Shown: positions 9,065 through 18,495 of the stretch, one piece after another
How the letters are laid out: every line of letters starts with the position of its first letter
Position numbering within the stretch: position 1 is the first letter of the stretch
Source of the DNA: Spirochaetia bacterium
Lineage (GTDB): Bacteria; Spirochaetota; Spirochaetia; CADAEX01
Length of the DNA stretch: 64,000 nt
Reading direction: 5' to 3'
NCBI GenBank assembly: GCA_963662795.1
Contig: OY759746.1
Location: 1,632,001 to 1,696,000, forward strand
The notes under the pieces: model-generated
What the model saw: the letters and a program-made list of their open reading frames with translations, nothing else
The model's database searches: none
What the model was told of the DNA's origin: nothing
Program-made: the position numbers and the translations under genes

Positions 9065-10443
9065 TGGAAGCGAAAGAAATGGTAGCTGCCCTGATAAAAA
9101 GAGGGAGGGCAGCTCAGAAGATAGCGGACGGATACAGCCAGGAAAAGGTTGATGAACTTGTAAAGGCGATATCATGGGCTATAGTAAAGAAGGAAAACTC
9201 GGAAAAAATAGCGCGCCTTGCGGTGGATGAATCGCAGCTCGGACACTATGAAGGAAAATACGGAAAGCTCCAGAAGAAAATCCGCGGTGTAGTTCGTGAT
9301 GTGGCCGGAGTAAAATCTGTAGGTATAATTGAGCGTGATGAGAAAAAAGGACTCCTTAAAATAGCAAAACCTGTTGGAGTAATAGGGGCGCTTGTCCCCT
9401 GCACAAATCCTGAGGCGACCCCTGTAATCAAGGCGATAAACTCGATCAAGGGAAGAAACGCAATCATCTTCGCGCCGCACCCGAGGACAAAGAAAACCAA
9501 TACCCTTATAGTAAACATTATGAGGGACGCGCTTAAAAGACACGGAGCGCCTGAAGACCTTATAATCGGAATAGAAGAGCCTTCGATGGACGCAAGCGGA
9601 GAGCTTATGGCCCAGTGCGACCTTGTTGTTGCAACAGGCGGGGCAGGGATGGTAAAAGCTGCATATTCTTCCGGTACTCCTGCATACGGAGTAGGTGCCG
9701 GAAACGTTGTAGTTGTAGTTGATGAGACAGCAGACTTTAAAGACAGCGCAAAGAAGATAATGCTGAGCAAGACATTTGATCTTGCAACCAGCTGCAGCGC
9801 GGACAATAATATCGTTCTTGTCGATGAGGTTTATGAAAAAATGCTTGATGAGCTTAAGGCAGTGGGCGGGTACATGTGCTCATCCGATGAGAAGGCAAAG
9901 CTTCAGAAGGTAGTCTTTCCAGATAATCATCTCGGACGAGACCATGTCGCACAGAGTGCACAGAAGATAGCATCCCTTGCGGGGTTTAAAATACCTGAAG
10001 GTGTAACCTTCATCCTTGTTGAGGAAGACGGTGTAGGGGCAAGCCATCCGTTCAGCAGAGAGAAGATGAGCGTAATCGCAGCTGTTCATAAAGTAGCTGA
10101 TTTTAAAGCCGCGATTGATAAGGTAAACGAGATAACATCCTATCAGGGCGCGGGGCACTCCTGTGGACTTTACTCAACTGATATGAAGCGGATAGAAGAG
10201 TACGGTCTTAAAACAAAGACAAGCCGCGTAATGATAAGGCAGCCGCAGGTGTTCGGGAACAGCGGAAACTGGGACAACGGTCTTCCATTTACTCTTACCC
10301 TCGGATGCGGGACATGGGGAGGCAACATCTCAAGCGAGAACATCACCTGGAAGCATTTTATCAACATAACATGGCTTTCGATGCCTATCCCTGAGGTAAT
10401 ACCCAGAGATGAGGACCTCTTCGGCGATATCATGAAGGAATAA
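9064..10443 (+). CDS. CoA-acylating aldehyde dehydrogenase (EutE/AdhE-N family; resembles sulfoacetaldehyde dehydrogenase SauS/SqwD type)
   Basis: KPVGVIGALVPCTNP, ATGGAGMVKAAYSSG, GVGAGN, SKTFDLATSCS (catalytic Cys), REKMS, GHS, NGLPFTLTLGCGTWGGN. Confidence 0.85.
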   Translation: MEAKEMVAALIKRGRAAQKIADGYSQEKVDELVKAISWAIVKKENSEKIARLAVDESQLGHYEGKYGKLQKKIRGVVRDVAGVKSVGIIERDEKKGLLKIAKPVGVIGALVPCTNPEATPVIKAINSIKGRNAIIFAPHPRTKKTNTLIVNIMRDALKRHGAPEDLIIGIEEPSMDASGELMAQCDLVVATGGAGMVKAAYSSGTPAYGVGAGNVVVVVDETADFKDSAKKIMLSKTFDLATSCSADNNIVLVDEVYEKMLDELKAVGGYMCSSDEKAKLQKVVFPDNHLGRDHVAQSAQKIASLAGFKIPEGVTFILVEEDGVGASHPFSREKMSVIAAVHKVADFKAAIDKVNEITSYQGAGHSCGLYSTDMKRIEEYGLKTKTSRVMIRQPQVFGNSGNWDNGLPFTLTLGCGTWGGNISSENITWKHFINITWLSMPIPEVIPRDEDLFGDIMKE

Positions 10444-10481
10444 TCAGGACAAGTATTATTTATAAAGTGTAAAAATATCAG

Positions 10482-10519
10482 GGCTGACATGGAAAAATAC
10501 TCCCTGTCAGCCATTTTTT
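10482..10519 (+). terminator. Intrinsic terminator closing the transketolase/ALDH operon
   Basis: GGCTGACA(10482-89)...TGTCAGCC(10505-12) followed by TTTTTT. Confidence 0.7.
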
Positions 10520-10733
10520 ATTCTGGAATATTTAAAAAAAATAGTCTTTCCTCTGAAGTACTTAAATCTAAACCTGAATCTAGTCAAGTATTGTTTTTAG
10601 AAAAATAGCATGGATAACCTCTATAGTATATTTTAATACAAATGGAAATTTTTGAGATCTTACTTTTCTAATTTATAATAGTCATTAAATGGAATCAAAT
10701 TAAAATAAGTCGATGTCTTTATGCAAAAAAAAG

Positions 10734-10785
10734 TTGACAAATAGTTTTATAGATTATACTATTTTACTGTTAAACAGTTAAACAC
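10734..10785 (+). promoter_or_regulatory. Sigma70-type promoter with downstream palindromic operator candidate
   Basis: TTGACA 10734-39, 17 bp spacer, TACTAT 10757-62. ACTGTTAAACAGT 10766-78, with a tandem GTTAAACA repeat running to 10784. Confidence 0.6.
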
Positions 10786-10797
10786 ATAGGGATATTT

Positions 10798-12282
10798 ATG
10801 GTCACTACTTGTAATTATGATTTGACAATTATTGGTGCTGGGATTATTGGAGCGATGATAGCGAAAGAATTGTCACAATATAATATTAAAGTCGCAATTC
10901 TTGAAAAGAAAACTTCACCTGGAAGTGATGTCTCAAAAGCAGGACTTTCAGCGCTTCATTCTCCTGATTTTTGTCCCAATAACTCACTAAAAGAAAAATT
11001 TTGTATTAATGCATTTGATAGATATAAAAATATCTCAGAAGAGTTAAACGTTAGATTTAAGGAATTTGATGAACTTAGACTTGCATTTAAAAATGAAGAT
11101 TTATTGAAATTAGAAAAATATAAAGAATATGGAGAAAGTCTTGGTCTTTATAATTATGAAATATTAAATCAGCAGAATATAAAAAAAATTGAACCTTTTG
11201 TTACAGAAAAAGCAATAGGTGCCTTAAAAATTAAAAAATTAGGAAGTATATATCCTCCTGAATGGTGTTTCGCACTTCTGGAATATGCACAGATAAATGG
11301 AGTAGAGGTTTTTTTAGACACCGAAGTAACAGGCATCGAAAAAATTGGAAATATAGATTGTTCATATGTTGTCAAAACAACAAAAGGTAATTTTCACACA
11401 AAAAGCATAGTTAACTGTGCCGGCCTTTATGTAGATAAAATAGCGGCTATGATTGGAGACAATTATATAAAAATAAATTATGAAAAAGCAACTATGGCAA
11501 TTCTGGATAAATCTGTTTCTTATTTAACAGATAATATGATTTATGGGTCCTTCTCCCCTACACACAGTCAGGTTATTGCTCCAACAGCACATGGGAATTT
11601 AATCATCGGGTTGGGATATTTTACTAAACCCGATAATAAGGAAGATGTAAGTATCGAAAGAGGGAAAATTAAAGAAATTGCAAATATGGCAAAACAGTTA
11701 ATTCCTGGAATTAATGAACGTGATATTATTACCAGTTTTTCAGGAATAAAATCAGAAAATGATTTAACAAATAAAGATTTTTATATTGATTATTCAAAAA
11801 CATCTCCTGGGATCATTCATGTGGTAATTGGTTCCCCCGGTTTGACTGCTGCTCCAGCAATCAGTGAATATGTGAGCAATTTGCTTAATTTTAAGTATTT
11901 TAAATTATTAAAAAAAGAAACAGCAGTTAAAAAAAGGGAAATAATAAAAAGATATTCTGAACTTGATAAAGATGAAGTTAAAAAAATAATAGAGACAAAT
12001 CCAAAGTACGCAAAGATAATTTGTAGATGCGAAAAAATCACTGAAGCAGAAATTATTGAAGCAGTGAGACGCGGTGCAGTGACAGTAGATGCTGTGAAAC
12101 ATTATACCAGAGCAGGTATGGGGAGATGTCAAGGCGGTTTTTGCGGGCCGGCAATATTAAATATTATTTCTCGGGAATTAGAATGTCCAATTATAAAAAT
12201 AAATAAAAACAATAATGATTCAGTGATTGTAAAGGGATACACCAAACAGACAGAAGAAGAGGTTTTGTATGAAAAATATTGA
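10798..12282 (+). CDS. FAD-dependent oxidoreductase with C-terminal BFD-like [2Fe-2S] domain (GlpA/LhgO-like), copy 1
   Basis: IIGAGIIG, VNCAGLYVD, PTAHGN, SPGLTAAPA, ICRCE...RAGMGRCQGGFC. Confidence 0.85.
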   Translation: MVTTCNYDLTIIGAGIIGAMIAKELSQYNIKVAILEKKTSPGSDVSKAGLSALHSPDFCPNNSLKEKFCINAFDRYKNISEELNVRFKEFDELRLAFKNEDLLKLEKYKEYGESLGLYNYEILNQQNIKKIEPFVTEKAIGALKIKKLGSIYPPEWCFALLEYAQINGVEVFLDTEVTGIEKIGNIDCSYVVKTTKGNFHTKSIVNCAGLYVDKIAAMIGDNYIKINYEKATMAILDKSVSYLTDNMIYGSFSPTHSQVIAPTAHGNLIIGLGYFTKPDNKEDVSIERGKIKEIANMAKQLIPGINERDIITSFSGIKSENDLTNKDFYIDYSKTSPGIIHVVIGSPGLTAAPAISEYVSNLLNFKYFKLLKKETAVKKREIIKRYSELDKDEVKKIIETNPKYAKIICRCEKITEAEIIEAVRRGAVTVDAVKHYTRAGMGRCQGGFCGPAILNIISRELECPIIKINKNNNDSVIVKGYTKQTEEEVLYEKY

Positions 12283-13513
12283 TCTAGCTATTATCGGTGG
12301 AGGTCCAGCTGGCTTGGCAGCCGCTATAAAAGCTAAAAAAATGGGAATAAAAGATATAGTAATATTTGAAAGAGATAGTTTCCCTGGTGGTATATTAAAA
12401 CAATGTATCCACAACGGATTTGGGCTTGAAATATTTGATGAAGAATTAAGCGGTCCTGAATATGCTGAAAGATATATTAAACTTGCAGAAAAGGAAAAAA
12501 TAAACATTGAACTTAACAGCATGGTTGTTGATTTAAATAAAGACAAGGAGATAACTGTTGTCAGCCCCTATAGTGGTTATAACGAGTATAAATGCAAGAC
12601 AATTATTTTGAGTATGGGGTGCCGGGAGAGACCACGTGGCGCAACCGACATTGCCGGGACAAGACCGGCTGGCGTATATACAGCCGGACATGCACAGCGG
12701 CTGATAAATATTGAAGGAATTATGCCAGGTTATAAAGTTGTTATTTTCGGTTCTGGTGATATTGGAATGATTATGGCGAGAAGAATGACACTTGAAGGCG
12801 CCAAAGTTGAAGCAGTTTTAGCCAGAAGGCCATATGCCAATGGTTTAACCAGAAATATTGTTCAATGTTTAAATGATTATGATATTCCTTTGCTTTTAAA
12901 GACAGGAATAACAGAAATATATGGCCAATCAAGAGTAGAAGGTGTTGCTATTGTTGAATATGATGAAGGTTTAAATCCAGTTCCTAATACTGAAAAATAT
13001 ATTGAATGTGATACTGTATTACTTTCTGTTGGTCTTGTTCCGGAAAATGAGTTGACGAAATTGACTGGACTAAAAATGGATAATAAAACAGGTGGACCTT
13101 ATATTAATAATTGGTTTGAAACCGCTATTCCAGGATTATTTGCATGCGGTAATGTCGTACATGTAAATGATATAGTTGATAACGTTTCACTGGAAGGAGA
13201 GATCGCGGCAATTGGTGCGTATAATAGACTTAATAATATTAATACGGATAAATCATCAATTAATATTGAGTGCTCGGAAGATACAATAAGCCAAATTATT
13301 CCTCATCAGATAGTCAATTTTGATTATGATGTCAACATCAATTTTAGAGTCCGTAAACCTATGGGAAAAAATATTATAAAGATTGGCAGGTATATGGAAA
13401 AAAAATATTCATTCCAGAAACCGGCTGAAATGATAAGAATAAAAATACCTAAAAAAATACTGAGAGAAATGAAAAATGAGAAAAATGTTAAAATATCCTG
13501 CCAGGAAGTATAA
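12269..13513 (+). CDS. NAD(P)/FAD-dependent pyridine nucleotide-disulfide-type oxidoreductase (partner subunit of the GlpA-like module)
   Basis: IIGGGPAGLAAA, GGILKQCIHNGFG, GCRERPRG, GSGDIG, ECDTVLLSVGLVPENEL, FACGNVVHV. Confidence 0.85.
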   Translation: MKNIDLAIIGGGPAGLAAAIKAKKMGIKDIVIFERDSFPGGILKQCIHNGFGLEIFDEELSGPEYAERYIKLAEKEKINIELNSMVVDLNKDKEITVVSPYSGYNEYKCKTIILSMGCRERPRGATDIAGTRPAGVYTAGHAQRLINIEGIMPGYKVVIFGSGDIGMIMARRMTLEGAKVEAVLARRPYANGLTRNIVQCLNDYDIPLLLKTGITEIYGQSRVEGVAIVEYDEGLNPVPNTEKYIECDTVLLSVGLVPENELTKLTGLKMDNKTGGPYINNWFETAIPGLFACGNVVHVNDIVDNVSLEGEIAAIGAYNRLNNINTDKSSINIECSEDTISQIIPHQIVNFDYDVNINFRVRKPMGKNIIKIGRYMEKKYSFQKPAEMIRIKIPKKILREMKNEKNVKISCQEV

Positions 13514-13525
13514 AGGGAAAAAATT

Positions 13526-13885
13526 ATGAAGAATGTTAAAGAAATCATCTGTGTAATATGCCCAAATGGATGCGTCATAGAAGTTGGTGAAGAAGATAAT
13601 GAAATTAAGATTAATGGTAAATGTTGTAAGAGAGGTAAAGAATATATTCTTCAGGAATATATAGAACCAAAGCGAGTAATTACAACCACTGTAAAAATAG
13701 TTTCTAAATTAAGAAAAACACTGCCTGTAAAAACTAGTTCAGGTATTTTGAAAAAAGACATCTTTATGTTTATGAACAAAATAAAAAATACTATTGCTGA
13801 ACCTCCGGTTGTTGTTGGACAGATAATATATAAAGATGTTTTTGAAGGAATTGATTTAATATCAGAAGATGAAATAAAAGAATGA
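13526..13885 (+). CDS. DUF1667-type small Cys-rich protein (third subunit of the GlpA-like module)
   Basis: ICVICPNGC...CKRG...PKRVITTTV...LPVKT, typical of this family in this position. Confidence 0.8.
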   Translation: MKNVKEIICVICPNGCVIEVGEEDNEIKINGKCCKRGKEYILQEYIEPKRVITTTVKIVSKLRKTLPVKTSSGILKKDIFMFMNKIKNTIAEPPVVVGQIIYKDVFEGIDLISEDEIKE

Positions 13886-13895
13886 GTAGGCTAAA

Positions 13896-15344
13896 ATGAA
13901 AGATCAAATATTTGATGTCGTGGTTATTGGCGCCGGCATTAGCGGAACTTTTCTGGCAAGAGAATTGAGCCGTTATAAGCTAAAAGTATTATTACTTGAA
14001 AAAGAAAAATCGCCAGGTTTCGGCGGGACAAAAGCGGGATTGTCCCAGATTCATGCCGCTGATTTTTGCCCGGTTAACACCTTGAAGGCAAAATTCTGTC
14101 TTAATGCTGCTTCCCGATTTGAAAAAATATCCAAAGATCTTGACTTGTATTTTAGAAAGACCAGCGAATTATGGCTTGCTTTTAATGATGATGATATAAA
14201 AACAATAAATAATGCTAAAGAAAGGGCGGAAAGCATTGGAACTGAAGGGTTATCAATAATAACCAGAGAAGAAGCTTTAAAAATAGAACCTGGTATCAAT
14301 CCCGCAATTATTGCTGCATTATATGCTAAAAATATGGGAGTTGTATATCCTCCCGAATGGTGTTTCGCTCTAGTTGAAAATTCCATCGAAAACGGGTTGA
14401 TTTATAAATCATCAACAGCTGTTGAAAATATTGAAAGATTACCGAAAGGAACATATAAGATAATTACAAATCAGGGAATATTTGAAACTAATTTTGTTGT
14501 GAATACTGCCGGGCTAAATGCTGATAAAATCGCACATTTAACCAGAGATGATGATTTAGAATTAATTTTCAGAAAAGGAACCATGGTGATTTTTGACAAA
14601 GCGGTATCAGGAATTGTTAATAGTATGATACTTGGTACACCATCTCCTCAGTATAGTAAAAATATTGCACCAACTGCTCATGGAAATATCATTGCTGGAC
14701 TCGGTTATTTTACAAAGCCTGAGAATCAATATGATACATCAATAGAACGCGGCATGATTAATGAAGTAATGAAATTTACAAAACAATTAGTTCCTGCTCT
14801 TTCTATACGCGATATAATAACTTCTTTTGCTGGAATATATGTACTTAATAACAAATGCGATAACGGAGATTATTATATAAATCATTCAAAAAAATCTCCA
14901 GGAGTAATTCATGCACTGATAGGAGCCCCTGGTCTCACCACTGCGCCTGCGGTTGCAGAATATATAATTAAACTTTTAGCAGAAGCAGATTTAAAATTGG
15001 AAAAGAAAAATAATTTTATAGAAAAAAGGAAAGGCATAAAAAAATTCAATGAACTGAATAAAAATGAAATAAAGCAATATATCAGTGATAATAAGATGTG
15101 GGCTAAAATAATCTGCCGTTGTGAAAAGATCAGTGAAGCAGAAATAGTTGAGGCAATCAGAAGGGGCGCAACTACAATTGATGAAATTAAGCATTACACT
15201 CGGGCTGGTATGGGAAGGTGTCAGGGAGGTTTCTGTACACCTGCAATTTTAAAAATACTTGCACGTGAAACAGGATTGCCGATAACTCAAATTACCAAAA
15301 ACAATAATAATTCTATTATGGTTAAGAATTTTACTAAAATATAA
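13896..15344 (+). CDS. FAD-dependent oxidoreductase with BFD-like [2Fe-2S] domain, copy 2 (paralog of 10798..12282)
   Basis: Shares YPPEWCFAL, IAPTAHGN..GLGYFTKP and KHYTRAGMGRCQGGFC with copy 1. Confidence 0.85.
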   Translation: MKDQIFDVVVIGAGISGTFLARELSRYKLKVLLLEKEKSPGFGGTKAGLSQIHAADFCPVNTLKAKFCLNAASRFEKISKDLDLYFRKTSELWLAFNDDDIKTINNAKERAESIGTEGLSIITREEALKIEPGINPAIIAALYAKNMGVVYPPEWCFALVENSIENGLIYKSSTAVENIERLPKGTYKIITNQGIFETNFVVNTAGLNADKIAHLTRDDDLELIFRKGTMVIFDKAVSGIVNSMILGTPSPQYSKNIAPTAHGNIIAGLGYFTKPENQYDTSIERGMINEVMKFTKQLVPALSIRDIITSFAGIYVLNNKCDNGDYYINHSKKSPGVIHALIGAPGLTTAPAVAEYIIKLLAEADLKLEKKNNFIEKRKGIKKFNELNKNEIKQYISDNKMWAKIICRCEKISEAEIVEAIRRGATTIDEIKHYTRAGMGRCQGGFCTPAILKILARETGLPITQITKNNNNSIMVKNFTKI

Positions 15345-15410
15345 TAATTATCAATATTACAAATTAATATTGATTTTATTAATATAATAATAGTTTCTAA
15401 GGAGTTATTT

Positions 15411-15788
15411 ATGGTACCAAAGTATCAAGTTAAGAAAAAGATCAGTGATGTCCCCTGGGAAGAGCATTTCATGGATGACGGGGGAAGTAGAATTAAATGG
15501 ATATATACTAGAGAAAATGACGGTACGCCAATTGCTGTCATGTATATTGAACTCAGGGAAGGCTTGTCACTTCCTGAGCATGTACACCGGGATCAACCGG
15601 ATTTAGTTCATGTTCTTGAAGGTGAGGCAACTATGTTTATTGAAGGAGAAGGGGAATTCCCTCTTGAAGCAGGAATGGTTGTAATGGTGCCTCCTAATAC
15701 AAAACACACAATAAAAAACATTAAAAAAACTGTTAAGTTATATAATGTTTTTGCACCTGCAATGCCTTATATGCCTGCGAAAAAATAA
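15411..15788 (+). CDS. Cupin-domain protein
   Basis: PEHVH..DLVHVLEG and GMVVMVPPNTKHTI cupin motifs 1 and 2. AAGGAG RBS. Confidence 0.85.
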   Translation: MVPKYQVKKKISDVPWEEHFMDDGGSRIKWIYTRENDGTPIAVMYIELREGLSLPEHVHRDQPDLVHVLEGEATMFIEGEGEFPLEAGMVVMVPPNTKHTIKNIKKTVKLYNVFAPAMPYMPAKK

Positions 15789-16250
15789 AAAGTTTGAGCT
15801 AATTTAAATATAAAAAACATTATATTACCTTTACTTAAAAAGATAATATAATTTATGAATCTTGATGTTAGCTGAATTATTACAAATTATTTATAACCAT
15901 TTTAACCTTAAAGATATTTGATAAAAAATATTTTTAAGTGTTAAGATGGATAATTGTAAATCCTGAAATATTTTAAAAAGGGTTTTAGCAAAGATAGAAT
16001 AACTATTTTTCTGCAAAATAAGTAAAAATATATTTTTAGTAAATTATTCAAATACAAAAAATATATTTAAAAAAGAAACTTAAATATGTCAACCATTAAA
16101 GTGAAAGATGTAAAGTCATGTTTGAAAGTTAGTGTATAAAAAACTTAATAAGAATAATAGTCTGAACAGCTTCTTGAAGTAATGATTAAAATATACATTT
16201 TATGTTTTACCGAAACGGATGATTTGACCTAAAGAACAGGAGTAAAGAAA

Positions 16251-17291
16251 GTGGATAAAACAATGAAGGCCTTTGTCCTTGAAAGATATAACATCCCATT
16301 GGTGTTGAAAGATGTTCCAATGCCGCAGATCGGCGATGATGATGTTCTTGTAAGGGTGAGGGCCGCAGGCATTTGCGGCACCGATTTGAAGATATATACA
16401 GGCAAACTTGACGGTATTATAAAACTGCCGCATATACCGGGTCATGAAGGGGCAGGTGAGATAGTTAAAACAGGAAAGAACGTTAAAAACATAAAACCAG
16501 GGGACCGCGGGATTGTATACCACTACATCCCGTGCAGGGACTGTGAGCTCTGCAGAACAGGTAAGGAGAATATCTGTTTTGAAATCAAAAGGACAGGGTT
16601 TGAACTTGACGGCGCTTTCGCTGAGTATATGGCAATCCCGGCATACAATTTCTGCCCTGTTGATGATGAAAAAGTGTCATGGTCTGAAATGGCAGTCCTC
16701 CCTGATGCGGCCCTTACCCCGTATCATGCGTTAAAAACCCTTGGCAAGGTGAAAAAAGGGGCTAAAGTATTAATTATCGGGCTTGGAGGACTTGGCCTTC
16801 ATGCGGTTATGCTTGGTAAAATGCTCGGCGCTGATGTTGCCGGCGCTGATATCAGGGATAACTCTCTCACTGAGGCTTTGAAGTATAAAGCGGATGTTGT
16901 TTTTAACCCTGTTTCACAGGACCCAGTTTCTGTGATCAGGGAATGGACAGGCGGACACGGCACTGATGTTGTGCTTGACGGGGTCGGAACCGGTTCCACA
17001 TTTCCATGGGCTCTCAAAAGCCTTAAAAAAGGCGGCAAGCTTGTTTTAATGGGATATGATCCGATTAATCCGGTCCCTCTTGACACTCTTGGGATGCACT
17101 ATAACGAATGGGAGATAATTGGGGCCCGGCTTGGGACAAAGCAGGAATTAATTGAGCTGATAAATTATACAAAAAACGGAACTTTAAAACCGATTGTTTC
17201 GTCTGAGTTTGAAATGGCCTCGCTTAACCGGGTTTTTACAGAATCGCTGCTTGACAGCATTTACGGAAGGATAGTTTTTAAAGGTTTATAA
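16251..17291 (+). CDS. Zn-dependent alcohol dehydrogenase (AdhP-like)
   Basis: GICGTD, GHEGAG, CRDCELC..C, PDAALTPYHAL, GLGGLG. GTG start with AGGAG RBS. Confidence 0.88.
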   Translation: MDKTMKAFVLERYNIPLVLKDVPMPQIGDDDVLVRVRAAGICGTDLKIYTGKLDGIIKLPHIPGHEGAGEIVKTGKNVKNIKPGDRGIVYHYIPCRDCELCRTGKENICFEIKRTGFELDGAFAEYMAIPAYNFCPVDDEKVSWSEMAVLPDAALTPYHALKTLGKVKKGAKVLIIGLGGLGLHAVMLGKMLGADVAGADIRDNSLTEALKYKADVVFNPVSQDPVSVIREWTGGHGTDVVLDGVGTGSTFPWALKSLKKGGKLVLMGYDPINPVPLDTLGMHYNEWEIIGARLGTKQELIELINYTKNGTLKPIVSSEFEMASLNRVFTESLLDSIYGRIVFKGL

Positions 17292-17413
17292 TTATTTATT
17301 AAACTTGTTGAATATAAAGATGATATTTTTTAAACGATGCAAAGTTTATAAAAGGATTAGATTTATTGGTATTGCTAAATACAAATTTAATAATTGAAGG
17401 AGAATAAAATCTG

Positions 17414-18490
17414 ATGGTTAATATACCTGAACATATGAAAGCGGTAGTTCTTATGGGGCCTGACAAACTTGAGGTTAGGGACATGAAGGTTCCCGTTCCC
17501 GGGCCTGTGGATGTCCTTATCAGGGTTGAGTCATGCGCATTGTGCGCTTCGGATACAGGGCTGATACACAAGCCTTTTCCGGGCCAGCCTCCATACGGGG
17601 AATTTATTATCGGACATGAGTATTCAGGTACAGTTGCAGCCCTTGGCGGGACTGTTGATGAGTTTGCAGTGGGCGACAGGGTAACGGTGGAAGCGCATAA
17701 CGGATGCGGAAGGTGCAGAAACTGCCGTCTTGGAAACTATACAGGTTGTCTTAATTACGGGGATACCGCCAAAGGCCACAGGGCCAACGGATTTACAACA
17801 AACGGCGGCAATGCCCAGTATGTGATAAACCATATAAATACGGTTCACAAAATAGCGGATAATGTCTCATTCGATGAAGCTTCCCTTGCGACAAACCTGG
17901 GATGTGTATTATACGGATTTGAGACACTCGGCGGATTCATAGCGGGCGATACAATTGTTATTGTCGGCCCGGGTCCTTTGGGCCTTAGCGCTGTACAGGC
18001 TGCAAGGGCACTTGGTGCCGGGAAGATAATACTGCTTGGAACAAGGGACTCAAGACTCAGGATTGCAGAGAATACAGGCGCCGATATTATCATCAATACA
18101 AAAAAACAGGATCCCATGGAAGTAATAATGAGGGAAACAGGCGGAAAGGGGTGCGATATCGCGATAGAGGCATCCGGTTCCGAGGCAGGACTTGGGCTTT
18201 CAATCAAATCAACAAAGAGAATGGGAAAAATCCTGCTTCTGGCTTTCCCCCATAAACCCTTTCCTGCTGATTTTGAAGACCTTGCGCTTAACAATAAACA
18301 TATCTTTACAGTAAGAGGGGAAGGATGGGCGAATGTAGGAAGGGCGGCTGTCTTTTTGAATAAGGGCATTGTTGACCTTAAACCGCTCATTACACACACA
18401 TTTCCTCTTGCAAAAATAAATGAAGCGTTTGACACATTCAACAACAGAATTGACGGCGCGATAAAAGTAATTTCAAAACCCCAGGAGTAG
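17414..18490 (+). CDS. Zn-dependent medium-chain dehydrogenase
   Basis: LCASD, GHEYSG, CGRCRNC..C, GPGPLG, ITHTFPL. Confidence 0.87.
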   Translation: MVNIPEHMKAVVLMGPDKLEVRDMKVPVPGPVDVLIRVESCALCASDTGLIHKPFPGQPPYGEFIIGHEYSGTVAALGGTVDEFAVGDRVTVEAHNGCGRCRNCRLGNYTGCLNYGDTAKGHRANGFTTNGGNAQYVINHINTVHKIADNVSFDEASLATNLGCVLYGFETLGGFIAGDTIVIVGPGPLGLSAVQAARALGAGKIILLGTRDSRLRIAENTGADIIINTKKQDPMEVIMRETGGKGCDIAIEASGSEAGLGLSIKSTKRMGKILLLAFPHKPFPADFEDLALNNKHIFTVRGEGWANVGRAAVFLNKGIVDLKPLITHTFPLAKINEAFDTFNNRIDGAIKVISKPQE

Positions 18491-18495
18491 GTGTA

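Noticed and set aside
9246-9806. 186-aa minus-strand ORF, and similar antisense ORFs such as 17845..18444
   Set aside because: Lies wholly antisense to well-supported genes, has no motifs or RBS, and is a typical shadow frame.
10798-15344. Naming the flavoproteins glpA or lhgO
   Set aside because: The active-site-proximal motifs are divergent and there is no glycerol kinase in the window. Substrate unsupported.
15790-16250. Long AT-rich spacer examined for an sRNA, riboswitch, CRISPR repeats or IS ends
   Set aside because: No periodic repeats, GC-rich stems or terminal inverted repeats seen by eye. A covariance-model search would be needed to exclude an ncRNA.
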